Positions 1 to 39,530 of a DNA stretch of 40,062 nt are shown here, piece after piece. The position numbers and the translations under genes are program-made. The stretch comes from Catajapyx aquilonaris (lineage: Eukaryota): contig KZ538922.1 in the NCBI GenBank assembly GCA_000934665.2, positions 1 to 40,062 of the forward strand. Direction: 5' to 3'. Within the stretch, counting starts at the first letter, position 1; each line of letters opens with the position of its first letter. Below the pieces are notes generated by a model. The model was not told the origin of the DNA and did no database searches. It saw only the letters and a program-made list of their open reading frames with translations.

Positions 1-3000
1 CGCCGCGGAGGTCTTACTTCTCTTTTTTTTACTGAAGGGAAAGTTTTTGATATAATTTCAGTTCTTTTTTGACAGTACACGTAACTTATGCTCTACAGTG
101 TCTACACTATACAGTCTGCACTATGAATGCATTGGAGACGATTTTCGTCGCTTAGAAGTCCCTAAAATTATTTTCACTGAGACAGTCGTAAAAAAACGAA
201 AGTGGAGTGCTACCATCCAACGGTTAGTCTGATTTAATTATTATGAAAAGCCTATACGCTAAAATATACGGAATATATACATTGAGAACTGTATACCAGA
301 CGATATAAAAAAACACAAAGGTACATTAAAGTTGGGTGAAGACCCAATGGCGACAGTACGACTCGGCGTCGCTCATCTTGTCCTCCTTTGACCCACAACA
401 ATATATGAGGTGGTAAACAACAACTGACGTTTCTAGGTGATGGCGTAACGAACAAATGAAGTAATGACAGAAAAAATACGAGGTAAAAAAATCACAGCTC
501 CAATCCTGCAGCAGGTGGAACTGTGATATTTTGAACATAGATCCGCACCATCCTACTGCACCCTCGGCCCTTTGACGAAGAAGCCAAATTTCGAAGAGTT
601 ATTGAGCAAAGAAATTGAGACGTATTTTTTGGTGGTTTAAAATTTTTTGCGGCGTTTTGAAGAGGAATTAAGTAAAAGTGTAAATGGTAGGAAATCAAGT
701 CACGACGGTGAGGATCTGTGTTCAAAATTTGGAAGCTCTACCTGCAGCAGAACTTGAGTTAGGGCGAATAAAAAAAACGTAACAAGAAGAACAAGAAGAA
801 GAAGTAGGAAAAATTCATTGTTGAAACATTGTTGAAATCTATGCTACGGTCTTACTTAAGGGCTATCGCCCTTAAAATAGTGTTTGTTTTGGACGATAGC
901 ATAACCCAATCTGGAGTTAGACGAGTTGCCCGCATGCAGTGAATATAATAGAAACATGTATTGGCACATCCACCATGATGAATATGCAAAATTGGCGAAG
1001 TGAGACTCGGCAATGAGAAGGCAACGGATTCGGGTGGGAGCTTCTTACGAAACCGGTTCATCCTTACATATATACAACCCGCCGTACTGGTATCGCAGGA
1101 AGCAGCGTTTCAGGCGCAAAATCTGGTTTCCCCTAACGGCGATTGTGCCGGGCTCGCATATTTGTGTGGGAGCCCTTGCGGTCACCTAACTAGATGTCAA
1201 GGTGCTTTTAATCAAGCTTGTGATGGGAGAGATGGGGTAGCATAGACACTTTTATTGGCAATTAATTTGCTTGCGTCTAATGAAATGACCCGTGGCATCC
1301 TCCTGAATGCCTGGGCCCTTGCACCAACTTCACAGGGGGAGGTGAGGGGTGGGTGGTAATTATTGAAGCTGGAGGCTATTATTGATCATGGTGGATTTTA
1401 TACCCACCGATGCTAGTTACGTCAACACTTTGTGGAGCAATTTTAGTAATGTTGACGATATAGGTGGAAGTTTCGACGGCTCAGAGTACTCTCACAAATG
1501 AGCTCTTGAAGGGGGAGCAGTGGGCCGCAATTATCCGAAAATCAACTGTCGAAATATTTAGCTAAAAGCAGTTTTCCTCAAATCGACTTATGCAATACGG
1601 CTTTCAACTACGATTTCCTTGGCGTTTCCATGACCAGGATGAAGAGCTTACATTAGGTTTTGTTGATGAGATTGACACAGTCTGGATTTAATCCCAAGTA
1701 CTAATGAGGATGGACAAGTGCACCAATTTTAGCTGTATATCATTGTTGGGGCTTGTAAGCGGCGCAGAGCTGAAGTGCGTTTGGTCCCGCGAACCAATAA
1801 AAATAGGGAATTTCGCCTGGGAACCTGGTCGTTGACATATCATTAAAAATACGTGAAGGCCCCACAGTTGCAGTGTGGACACGGCGAGAACACGATCAGT
1901 GCGACCTTTGAGGGTGGGGAAACTAGGTCAATCTGGCGTAAGCCGTGTTTACAATATATTTCATGGAGTCGGCAGGCAGGAATGGCAATAAAGACGTTTT
2001 AGAGTAGGCCTCGCTGCAGCTGCGGGATACCTTGCAGGGATTTTTGCGAGGTAATCCGGAACGAACTATTTCTAGTGGCCGGGAAAGTCGAGAAATTCGC
2101 CTTTTGTCAAGTGCTGGGTTTCAGGATGACTCGAGGCAGCGCAGGTTGAAGGTCGCACTCCAACTTGGTGTACTGCGACACTATTTCAGGGACGCAGCCG
2201 TAATCCATGACAACACGGGGATACGTGGGCGTTCTAGGTGGGCAGCATCCCTGAAGATTGACGAATGTAGGTTTGGCAGGCTATCGAGTTGAATCATTAC
2301 TTTGGGCATTACCCAAGTGTGTCGTATTTAAATTAGGGACTCGTGGCAATACTATACTATGTGCAGGGTGAATCCGTACCTTGTGCACTATTTGTTTTAT
2401 ATTCGAAAGCATGATGGCTAATATGAAGTTGCTGCTTGCAACTGGGCATGCGCATGCGCCCACATATCAATAAGCATGTCTGAGGAAGCCACACACATGC
2501 GCAGTGCCCAAGGGCTGCCTTTGTTGGAATCGGATTTTGGCCAGAAATAGCATCTGATTTAAAAATCAAAACATCCATATAGATAGAGTGGATCCTAAAA
2601 GGCGTCCTGTCGGGAAGAGGAACCGACTCCCAAGCAGACCCGTGCGGAATGTAACAGATGCCGACATTGGGCAGCAGACAGTTTATTGACATGCCGGAAA
2701 TGCGACGACGCCAACAATCCCTTGAAAGGGCCATCAGGGCTTAACCAGGAGCTGTCTCAAGGCCCGATTTCTTGCGCGACCGAAACCAGTCACAAACACC
2801 GGATTGGGAGACAAGCCGCGGAAAAACATGGGCCAGCTCAAGAAATTGTTGGCGACAGAAGCAGGGCCTTTAAAGGGAGTAAAGGAAGCGCGTCACTTTG
2901 CGGATAAATAGGAGCCGTGGGATCAATAGGAAAGCATTGATGCCTCCCTTTACACCACGACCTGCATCCGGGACACTCACCCTTTTATCATTCACGTCGT

Positions 3001-4787
3001 GGCTCTACAGATCCGGCTGCTGATTTATCATAGGACGAGGTGTATCGAAAATAGGGTTTTTGCCCTCTTGCACGCCCACTTGTCGAATTATGGATGATTT
3101 TTGCCAGAATGGGTCCACAACCTCGAGGCTTGGTGGGGGCTCCCTGGTATATATGAGACCTTGAAACAGAAGGGATGTGGGTTTCGTAACTGGGCTGTGG
3201 GCAAGTGAAGGACGTCAGGTTGGTTTTTGGTCATTTGGACCTGTTATGTCACGCACTCTTGCGGAAATGGAGGTGCGCTTCCAATTGCCGTGCCAATATC
3301 ACGATTTTGATGAATCGTTCCGGTTGGGTTGAAAATTTTGTCATGATTTTTTTTTTGGAAGGTGGAATGACCTGGAAAATGACATAAACACATGTTTCTG
3401 GGGATGGCGTCAGGGTCCGTCACGCCAACACATCCGGCGTAAACTTCCTGTAGTATGAGGTGCAGACTGTACAGGAAATACACTTATGCAATGCACCTTG
3501 TTTCGTTTGGAAATATGGCAAAGCTGTTACAAGTTACGTAGGATTTTAACAGAAAAATAATATTTTTGGCACTTAACATTCCACGTGATTTAAGGACTTT
3601 TTTGTTGTTGTTTTGGAGAGGGGGGGGGGGGTAGGTAAGGATAGGTGTGGTTGGACAGAGTCCAGCTGGGTGCCTGCCAGAAAAGTCGGACAGATGAGGG
3701 GATAAAAGAGAATGAGCCGTCAGATGAGACCTTCAGGCTGGACGAATCGTCCTCTTCTCATATTCGCCACACAGCAGCTTGGATTTATTCCATCCACTTG
3801 CCCACCTTCCGTGTCTTCCCACCTTTCTTCCCACTTTTTTTTGGGAGGGGGGAGGGGGGGGGGGTCTTTAAAGTTGGGTTTCGGGCATAAGTAAGCACAC
3901 AATTAGATCCGGGCGTGGGTAACCGAATGATAAATAAATAAAATACGAAAGCGTGAGCAGTGGGATGTAATAAATCTGAAGAAAAGCGCCAACGGCTGTA
4001 ATGTTAACGGCTCTACTGCTAATAAACGCTGCAGTTGCTTTATGGAAGAGGATTTTTTTAAAAACCCGGCTCGACCGCCTGGAGCGAGCTACACGATATA
4101 CAGGGAGAGAAAATTCTGTTCGTTTTAGCAGTCAACCTGAGGGGAGACCCTGATTTACAGGATGATTCAGAACCATAACTTCATCTTCATCAGGGAACCA
4201 GGCACAAAAAGAAAAATGTACAGTACAGGAGGCGAAATCCATGACATGCTGGCTATATCGCCTACAGACCGCGTCCGTTCAAATCTGTGGAGTGAAATAA
4301 TAGTTTATAACAGTAACTTGGAGATTGAGTTTCTGTAATTGAGATAAGTTAGCAGCTGGGTATCTAACGAGTGTGTTTGTGCCAGCAGTAGAGTTGTGAA
4401 CTGTAGCGATTAATATTATGCAACTCCATAACTCGTACTTAATTACAGTCTGTATAGTGTAGAAGTTGGGGGGTGGGGATTCACTGAATTACCCCATAAA
4501 TGTTACTAAAATCGACGGCGTGGGCTTTCTAGACTCAATGGAAATATTTGGTGGGCGGGAATTGGTGATACGGGATACAAAACAAGATGATAGAGAGCTA
4601 TCCAATGTTCCACGAGTGGTGGTAACCGGCATGCACGCCGACGACGGGTATGCAGCGTTCTGTTGTTGCCGCTAGACACTTCTTCGGAGTACGCTTTCGC
4701 TGAATTGCCCTGTTTTGTCCCAGCAGTGGCGGTTTGCGCAGGCATGCGGCTATATGCTAAAAGCGTTGAGGCAGATAATGGAGATGT

Positions 4788-5123
4788 GGTCGGGACGGTG
4801 GTGTAGCGGTGTTCAGGACTCGAGCCCACCATCACTCAGTCCCGAGTTCGTTCCCTGGGTCGGGCAATAGATTTATTAGAAGGAGTTTCACCATATAGGC
4901 TATGCTTGTACAGTACTATGGCTCTCAAACACCTATACCGGGACGGCACTCGACATGACACATCATGAATGTCAAAAAGAGAGAGAAAGACCTTCCGTTG
5001 TGAGAAACTGTTCATTGTTGACAACAATGGATAACAAACTATCCGGCTCTTTTGCGGCCAGACAAATTTTCTGGGAGCCGGTGCAACCCGGCCTTATTCA
5101 AACCCTCTAAATCAACAAACAAC
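4788..5123 (+). mobile_element. tRNA-derived SINE (3' end approximate)
   Basis: Pol III A-box-like TGGTGTAGCGG (~4799-4809) and B-box-like GAGTTCGTTCCC (4844-4855). The head resembles the one at 23406. Ends in a CAA-rich tail; no cloverleaf. Confidence 0.6.
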
Positions 5124-5449
5124 CTCAATCTAAATAATTACTTACACAGCCATGCATGGACAGATTTCTGCTCTAGGCATTTGCTCGTCCAAATTAAAAC
5201 CCATATAATACAGTACATAAGTACGCAGTACTAACCTCAATGTTAACTATTGCCTAGTAGTCATGTATGGCCAGGTTTCTGTTCTTGGCTATTTCACTTA
5301 CATAAAAACAGCACATTAATCACCCACCTTAATTAACTTGCTCAACTTAACGCTTATTTAAGCAAACAACCTTAGCCTCAGCCATGCCCGTGGACCTTTT
5401 GACACATGCGCCCCGAGGCTGTAGACTGGACATACCCTTACTCAGACAC

Positions 5450-5780
5450 TCATCTGGTCCAGCTATGTCTTCCTATAGGCCTGTCCTTACCCCTCTTACC
5501 AACTGATGCACCACAATAAATCTTCTTCACAATCTCCTCTTCCTTCATCCTCTCTGTCCAAACAACCTTAGAGCAGACTTACCAACTTTAACCTTAACAG
5601 TCTCTTTAACATTGCACCTCGATAAAATCACATTTCCTAATCTTACCTAACACACAGCCGCAATATAACGCATCTCCGCATCCAACACCCTGCTCTTATG
5701 TCTGTGACCAAACCCATGTTCCACTACTAAACCAGAGTGTGGGACAATGACGTAAGAATAGACAGACAACCAACAGGATG
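5450..5780 (-). mobile_element. Decayed RTE-clade LINE ORF2 C-terminal fragment
   Basis: Minus-strand peptides HKSRVLDAEMRY and RMKEEEIVKKIYCGASVGKRGKDRP resemble the post-RT RTE motifs (EMRxLR; RMxEERxxKKI...GxRxRGRP). Stops and frameshifts are present. Confidence 0.7.
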
Positions 5781-8727
5781 CAGACAATTCCTTATTCTTA
5801 GAAATCCTCCTACTCGTGGCACCCCTATTAGGAGACGGGGAAGAAGAGGTATTCCAGCTGACCACGTGACTGGTGCCATAGAAAAGTGCCTCCCGCAGGG
5901 AACAATGCCAAGGGTACGATAAGACCGATCCGACAACGCCGGCCACCAACTGCTTGTTGATGGCACACATTTCTTTTTATCGGAGGAGTTAAACCCCGAC
6001 TGAGGGGATAGCTAACAAACGGATTAACCCACAGATTGGTGGAACCGTGCATATATACAGATCCAAAAACGGAGGAATTTTATTCCGGCCTGTGCATTTT
6101 TCGACTCATCAAATCATCTCCTGTGTAACATGTTACGCAATGTGTTTTTGCACCATCCAGACTGCAGCTAGATTGGGTACTCTGGAGCTTACAAATTCCC
6201 ATGCCTGGACACTGATTGACACGGACAAGTATCCAGTCGCATTTCCTAGTCCAGCACCCACCTGATTACAAGTTGAACGCTTATCTGCAGATTAACCGGG
6301 AAAATATCAGCAAAAGTACACCCGTTTGAGGTGAACACGGCTTGTTTCTGCATGGAAGAGCTCGATTTGCACAGGCTGGAAAACTCCAGTTATAATCCTG
6401 GCGTATGCGTAACTTCCTGGGAAAGGAGGTTTAACCGAAATTTGCCAAGTCGGAAATGGGGCCATATTCTAGGGCCCATTTGAGATGTTATGGCCCAACA
6501 ACGACCACAAATATCGGCCCGAAACGAGCGGAAAGGCACGTCGCTGTCTTGAATCGACGCTTCCTTCGATAATGAACTGACCTCTGCTGCAGCGACGCTT
6601 GGAATTTCACTAGGCTAATAAAAATCCGATGCTCTTTCTCTCTTTGGCCGGTCGGCAAAAGGTTCTCTAGCCGCACTTGAAAGCGTTTAGCCCCGTAACG
6701 CAATTGTGGTTGGGATAGTGTCGGAGCTTTGGAGTTGGGTTACATGGCCGGGGGTATATCGATGGATGCATTTTGAGCTGACACGTGTGGATTACTGGGG
6801 AGTCTACATGGATGAACTTTGATCGAGCTACGTCTAAAGCAAGGCGGGGGGGGGGGGGGGGGNGGGGGGGGGGGGTGCATGTTATTTGTCTGCAGGATGA
6901 GTCGTAGCGTGTCCTAGGCTACGTCACTTTGAATATGGGGGAAGAGACAGGGCACCAACGTCTCCTAGCACAAAACGTACAGTCTTACATGTCAAAATGA
7001 GTTATGTGCAATTCTGTATTCTCTGCATGGCAAGGGTGATGTCTGTGCAACTTGGCAGGCTCTAGGCCTAGATTTTGGCTTGGTAGGATATAGAGCTAGG
7101 TGCTGGGACTGCAGAGTTGATTATGGAGTTTGGCAACTAGTTCTCGAAACCGATTTTTTTGGTCCCTCTCTCTGCGCTTCTATGCAAAGTTACATCCATT
7201 ATATTTAAGAGAAGTAAGGACTGGTGTTTTAAATACATTTTGCATTGTAACATGAACCCACGTCACTCTCCATTTATTATTAACACTCGACACTTCCAAA
7301 GCATGCGAGATAGTCACGTTCGTTACGGTGGAATGACCCAGCAAAGGTTGTCTGCAAATCCCAAAATAACATTTTGTGGAAATGTTTCAGAGTCGTCGTT
7401 TTCTGTTGAACTCGACTATATTTTGTACCGCACGTGGGGAGGTCAGAGGCATTTTTAATAAGCGGGAAGGCGTGCAACAAACTAGTTACAAATCTATATG
7501 TGGGTAATGAATTTTCCTGTGGATTCAATCATTCTAATGGGTCCATTCACATGGCATTTCACGTGCGAAAGCATTGAGCCTGGGGAATGGGTGCAAAATT
7601 AGTCGGAATCGATAGCATCCGGAGCGTGGGGAGGTGGGTGAAGATTTTCCGTGCGAAAAGGCCTGCAGACGGTTATCTGCAGGAGCACTGCAGACACGCC
7701 AAGAGTCGGGGTGGGATAGACGGCGCCCAGACCCTACCCTACTCCTACCCCTGCACCCCGGAGCCTCTGATCAATGACGTCGCTCCATTTCACTTATTCT
7801 TAAGGATTTTTCTTTTCTTTATTCCCTGAGGCTCGCGATCTTCAACTGGGTGGGGGTGTTTCCGTTCTTGCGTGACATGACTTTTTGGGTGGCGCTCTAT
7901 GCCATGCGACTAACTGGTTGGATATGTGGAATATGTCCTTAACATTATTTGTGGACTGTTATGTCAAGTCTCTGTCATAGCTATTGTGAAGAGTTGTCTG
8001 TCTTGCACTTTTTACCTGCCTCCTGCAGGAATGCGCGCGCATAAGGAAAGCAGGCAGCTGAGGATGGATTTTGGTGTGGATATTATTTTTAGTGGAAGCT
8101 GTTAATAGTATTGATGAAAAGTGAACCACTGAATCTGTCATTCAAATACTATATTTTCAATTGTGTAATCAGCGATTTCCGCAAACTACTTGGAAAGCGT
8201 GCAAAAAATTCAGTTTATTTCTAGGAAGACATGCCCGTCACTGACAGTTACATAATTTGCATTTATTTGAAAGGTTTCCTTTCAAGACTGATTTTCCTGT
8301 GCGCCAAATAATTTAATGGAAGTTGTGCCGACAATTATTAGATGCAAGTCAAGCAGGAATTACAAGTGGCTTATGGGACAAAACTTTATTTCAATTTCAG
8401 TCTACAACTATTCCAACTATTTTTATTAGGAATGTAATTTGTAAATGCGACAATGCAGTGAATCTCCCTTAACTTGTAATGTCGCTTCTGCTGTTAATCA
8501 GTTGTCTAATCGTTCTAAAAACAATGGTGTTTTATTTCAAATATTGTGAATTTGTTTTTTTGGCTTATCGCTAGGCACACACACACTTTCCCTACACGTT
8601 AAGGGCTCATGAGGAGCCATTTGGCTGCATCTTGTATTATTGCGTAGCAGTGCGCGGGCGTTCTATATAGGCAGTGCATAAATTACTTGGAACCTTATAC
8701 GCCATTTGCAAATCATACACCGCATTG

Positions 8728-9154
8728 GTGTTCCCTATGCAGTGTGTTCCAGTTTAGTTTCCCGCAGTGGGTAGCCATTTTTTCGCACTAACAATGTAAG
8801 CTGCGTGTTCTTAAGCAGTTTCTTTCGAATAGTTACTCTTAGCAATATTGTCGAAAAAATTAGATGCTAGCTAAAATTAGGCTGAATTGAATCATACGTC
8901 CGATGCTTTTAATTTCAATGAGTTTTCGATTGGGATTATCCCATTGGAACACAATTACCATCGGACATAAATGACAGAATCCATATTGTACAGTACAGAT
9001 CCCCTTGTAGGCATGAAAAGCTAACTAATATTAGCAGCTAATATTTGATAACTTATTAAGGTGTATTATCGGATGTAACCGATTATAATAAGCAACTTCC
9101 TACGAAGAAATCGCTAACCACCATTAAAATCTGAACAGACTGCATAGGGAACAC
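8728..9154. mobile_element. Old inverted-repeat element (MITE-like)
   Basis: GTGTTCCCTATGCAGT (~8728-8743) is inverted at ACTGCATAGGGAACAC (~9139-9154); an inner inverted pair tccgatg/catcgga lies near 8900-8965. Confidence 0.4.
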
Positions 9155-10010
9155 AAATTGTACACTGCAGTGTACAATTCAACCTTCAGTTAACTACATT
9201 TGTAGTTGAACGCAGCCACCATTTTACCTTGGAACATGTTTTTTTAAGTCCTGTTCTTTATAATAAACCGAGTATTGAAAGGATGTCAGCAAGGATTATA
9301 GGAAATCGGCAGTGGGCCTATATTGTTTTGGACATATCAACACAAATTCAGGGGCATCTCTCATTTATATGTATATGTATTCACGATACGTAATCAGAAT
9401 GTTCTTCGTAAGTTGAGTTTATACAATCGATTTTTTTGAGCTAAGGTAGAGTGCACATTTATTTCAACTACAGAGTGAAAGCTAGAATTGCGAAAGAAGC
9501 TTGAGCCAATATGTAATTTTGATTTTAAATTGAAATAATTTTTCAATTTTCAAATAACCGCAGGATACTATTGGAATATTCAAGAATTTTTTTATCTAAC
9601 TTTTGTAACACTTATAGATGGAACCCAATATTTAGAATTGAATATTGCTCGCTAATACATAAATTAGAGTAAATTGCCTTTCATATACAGTACGACTGGT
9701 TGTGCATCATAATACCACAAAGATTTATATGAAGGGATATTACTGGTGTAAAGAGTATTTTGTGTAGGTGATTGCATTGTCTATAGGTTTTTCTCTGCGA
9801 GGCATACGGCACATACAGTATATAAGTATGATCAAAATTTGGTTGTGCAAAAATTTAGACTTTGGCCATACGGCGGAAATAATTAGCTAGTATTGAGGCC
9901 ACATCACTTTGTTTATGAAATCGCTGGAGGAGATTTTCATCATTATATATGCACCTTTTAAAATCAACTAATGTATGGCATCTGCAGGCTGTTTTGGTAT
10001 TATTAAAACA

Positions 10011-10086
10011 TCAGTCAAATCCTATTTGGTTTAATATCGATAGCGTGATGCGTGCACAGCTAGTTCCGGCGACCAGAAACGTAAGT
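10011..10086 (+). promoter_or_regulatory. Candidate internal promoter and short non-coding first exon (Inr-like TCAGTC, DRE TATCGATA, donor GTAAGT)
   Basis: TCAGTC at 10011-10016; perfect TATCGATA at 10035-10042; consensus donor AAC|GTAAGT at 10080/10081, giving a 137-nt intron to the acceptor at 10217. Confidence 0.45.
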
Positions 10087-10284
10087 GTAGACCAAAATTC
10101 TCTGAATCGTGCTACCGATATTTTCTCCCCTGTAAGTGATGTAGATGTTTAATTATAGGCCCTTAATATTGATCTCAGATCATAAGTGGAATTTTTCTCT
10201 CTCTCTCTCTGTTACAGACCCCTGCAACATGTAGGAGGAGGCGAGTCGGACACCGACCAAAACAACAACAGCCAGTACATAACC

Positions 10285-36327
<26,043 letters not shown>

Positions 36328-36514
36328 GTTTGTTGAGTCTATTCGCAAATTTCTTTCTGGGATGGTTCGCCCGTGGCACAGGAGGTAAACATTTGGGTGG
36401 TTGCATGGCAGCTTTTTTGATTTTTTGGCAGGGTTATCACAGGGATAATTGACTGGTACGTTATATGACACACAGTTTGTAAGGTGGTTTTTAGGAAAGT
36501 TTTGTATCCATGTA

Positions 36515-37970
36515 GGGGAGACCGGGGCACAGTGGTCCTTTCCATTTTAAAAATGCAAGAAACCAGAATCATGTCTTCATCTGGTACCTCGTGAAACAGG
36601 TCACTATCATGCATCTTGCTAACATGACAGTCACCTGTGAGATGCCTGCGATCCTGCTGTATCAGGGGAAAGCTATTTGAAGGGTAGTGAAGTAACTTCT
36701 AACCCACAGAATTTAAGTGCCATGCCAGGCGTAAATGCTGCGCATGACCCTGATGTAAAAATGTTGTTGAATAGTGTCATGCTTTGTGCATAGATTCTGG
36801 AAATTTGGAAAGCGTCATTTGCAATGGAAGCTACGATTCATAACATCATGTCTGTTGCTGCCCTCTGGGGCACAGTGGTCCATGGACCAGTGTGTACCTT
36901 TTTGTGGACGACTGTGCCCCCTTTTGCCTCTGTACAGCACTTAATGTCATCGTAGTTTTATATGCTAATGGTTTTGACAGACACCAGTATGAAATAAAGT
37001 TCATGCGCCAAAGGATGTGGCAGGAAAAAATCTAATTTCTGGAGAGAGATGATGTTTCACTTTTGTCCGCAGGTTGCATTAACAGAAGTCACTTTTATCT
37101 ATTTCCTGTTTATTTAGAAGGGTTAGATGTAGGATAAGAAATAAAACATACTTCTTGTGTGAATTAGGGGTCCCAATCACTTCCGGACCACTGTGCCCCG
37201 GGTATCGGGGGACCTTGCATAGGGCAGCTTCTAAAAAAAAAATTAAGCCGAAGGGATGGCACTGCCTGTGAATATACAGGTTCCAGATTCGTGGGTAGCT
37301 TTTTGGTAACTGATATTGTCCAATAGCAGTTATTTTTGTAGTTGCTTGTGCCCCTAACCATGTGCCCCATTCTATAACTACTGCTATAGTAGCCGGCGAC
37401 TTAAGTTGAGAATCCCCCACCCCTCACTCCCAGCCAATGACAAAGCTAGATTTGGAAGGTTTTAAATGGTGCCAACACAGCTTAAGGCTTAAGGGGTCGA
37501 ACTCAAAGGATGTTAATCCGGGGGCCCTGCTGGCACTCCTGCTCTAGGCTTCCCCGGCTTCCCCCCATCCCCTTTCCCCCCTTTCTCACCAAACCGTGTT
37601 TTCCTTATGGGCCGAGGTAGGAGGTAGTGGTGGTGGGGGTCTGGGGGACAAGAGGGGGCAACTCCCTCTTCTCAGGTTAGAGCGCCGAGCCCTATATATT
37701 CGACCCACTGGAGGTGGAATATAGCAGGTGCTATAGAATGGGGCACATGGTTAGGGGCACAACAAGCTACAAAAAATAACTGCTATCAGGTGATATCAGT
37801 TATCAAAAAGTGACCCATGAATCTGGAACACCCTGTATTAGTCATTATATTACCAATGAGTACCTCCCCCATGCCGGAAAATATTGGGTGACACGTTACA
37901 CGTAGGTAAAACAGGAGCTCTTATAAAAACTCAAATGTTCATAAGTGGACCACTGTGCCCCGGTCTCCCC
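36515..37970. mobile_element. TA-flanked TIR element (Tc1/mariner superfamily, possibly pogo-like) with nested insertions
   Basis: TA-GGGGAGACCGGGGCACAGTGGTCC ... GGACCACTGTGCCCCGGTCTCCCC-TA (24-bp perfect TIR). Internal copies of the GGGGCACAGTGGTCC motif lie near 36867 and, inverted, near 36906 and 37185. Confidence 0.85.
37277..37835. mobile_element. Mariner-type MITE nested in 36515-37970
   Basis: ~110-bp inverted arms; TA-CAGG(3-nt deletion)TTCCAGATTC ... GAATCTGGAACACCCTG-TA. Confidence 0.8.
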
Positions 37971-38319
37971 TACTTTTGTTGTTTGTGGTATTGTGGAATG
38001 CAATGCATGAGTTTTTTAATTGCTACTTATGCTATGGCAAAGCAACACCAGATTCACTGAAATAGTGTGGTGTGAGTTGTGTTGGTGTGTGTTGCTTAAA
38101 TAGATACTAGTAATTCCTGAGGGACATAATTTCTACAGGTTGCAGGGCTTGTTTGATGTGAAATGTGTTCACAGTAACGACAATGGCAAACTTTTTGCAG
38201 CTAGCTCTCCTGTTGCATATTTTGATGTGAGGAAACCAAGATGTATTGAAATGAAGAAACTTTTTAAAATTGAGAAGTGTTTACTGAGCCTGAGTATAAT
38301 CACAAAGGCCTTGAATATA

Positions 38320-38655
38320 CACGGTCATCGAAAAAGAATGTCCCGATTTTAAAACCTCATAACTCGAAAACTTGTAGATGTATCTAAATGATTTAAGTTT
38401 TGAAATGCTAAGAAATTTCTAAAGTTTTAGTCTCAGCCTAGTTTGTTTCGATATGAGCTTCATTTGTTGCTTGGCAGATAAAAAATATGGTTTTCAACTC
38501 GTGCCAAACCCTCTTCAATCATATCTGGAGTTACTGTTGCGATCCTATTCTGTAGGTGCTGGAGATGACGGGTCTTTACACCACACCCATCATTCTTGAT
38601 GATTCACATGAAAAGTCGCCTCATCCATGAAACAAACCTGCTGTAGGAAAGTTTC
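38320..38655 (-). mobile_element. Internally deleted Tc1/mariner transposase remnant with TIR
   Basis: TIR TA-CACGGTCATCGAAAAAGAATGTCCC at 38320. Minus strand encodes ETFLQQVCFMDEATFHVN (38655-38602), then LQHLQNRIATVTPDM and, after a frameshift, RVWHELKTIFFICQATNEAHIETN* (stop at 38438-38440). Confidence 0.85.
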
Positions 38656-38863
38656 ATTTGTTCAGCCTCCCAGTGCGCGAAGTCTTGAATGAGAAGTTTC
38701 TGAGATTTTTGGCAATGAGAAAGAAAGGAAAAGGGGGAGAGCCGAAATAAACACCTTCCTCAATATGGTACGAAATCAGTCTATACAGTACTGCATTTAG
38801 ACCCATAAGAGTTGCTGTGCTACGTCTTTGTGAAATAGATTGTTTTTCTTGGCGTACAGTATG

Positions 38864-38917
38864 TCTTTAAAAAAGGCCAGTTTTGTCCCAGTTGAAAATG
38901 TCGTCCTTGGAATACCC
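38864..38917 (-). mobile_element. pogo/Tigger (CENP-B-like DDE) transposase fragment
   Basis: Minus strand GYSKDDIFNWDKTGLF*R resembles the YxxxDIFNxDETGLF motif. Confidence 0.65.
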
Positions 38918-39473
38918 TAACAAACGCTTGCCAGAGCAACTATACGAATCACATTACTCGCAATCTTCATTGCCCCCAGCAAGCCATCTCGATGTTTTCC
39001 AATCAAAAATAGTGCCTACCAGTCTGCTACCTAGATCATGGGTCCTATAGTCAGACAGTTTGAAAACTGACTCTGAGGCCTCCTGGGAGGGCTGTGAGTG
39101 AACCAGGCTGTAGATTCTCTTTTCATGCCAATGACTTGCAGAAGATAATGTCAACCTTTTTGATTTCCATTGTGAACAGGGATTTTCTCTGAAGGGAGAC
39201 AAAATTCCTTTACATTTTCTTGTTGGGCACATTCCATTACATACGTCAAAATCTACATTGCATGACCTATGCATATGTCCATTCCCAGAAAAAATTCCTT
39301 GTATGTGGGTCGCTGTATATGCAATTGCAGCATGGTCTTTAAAAATGCAGATCTGAAATGCATGTATACAATGATATTGTTTCCATGACATTGTTAGTGA
39401 TGAACAATTGAGCATATTACTGATAAGTGTCACTTTTTATTATAATTTGTGAGAACTCCTGTTGCATGAAATG

Positions 39474-39530
39474 CAGGGTCATCGAAAAAGAATGTCCCAT
39501 TTTTGAAACCCTATAACTCGAAAACTTGTA
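39474..39530. mobile_element. Second copy of the 38320 mariner TIR, same orientation
   Basis: CAGGGTCATCGAAAAAGAATGTCCCATTTTTGAAACCCTATAACTCGAAAACTTGTA matches 38320-38377. Confidence 0.8.

Noticed and set aside
380..730. Possible very decayed mariner transposase C-terminus (WNCDILNIDPHHPTAPS; F*RGIK...KW*...HDGED)
   Set aside because: Resemblance to HPPYSPDLAPS and GIxKLxxRW needs several frameshifts and is too weak without an HMM search.
3715..4200. Hammerhead-ribozyme or Penelope-like motifs (cagatgag...gacgaatcg near 3720; ctgatga on the minus strand near 4190)
   Set aside because: The CUGANGA and GAAA core elements are not both intact with the required stems.
8019..8105. Possible upstream coding exon (acceptor cctcctgcag, MRAHKESRQLRMDFG)
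   Set aside because: No convincing phase-2 donor to join exon 10218, and no similarity to Asator that I recognise.
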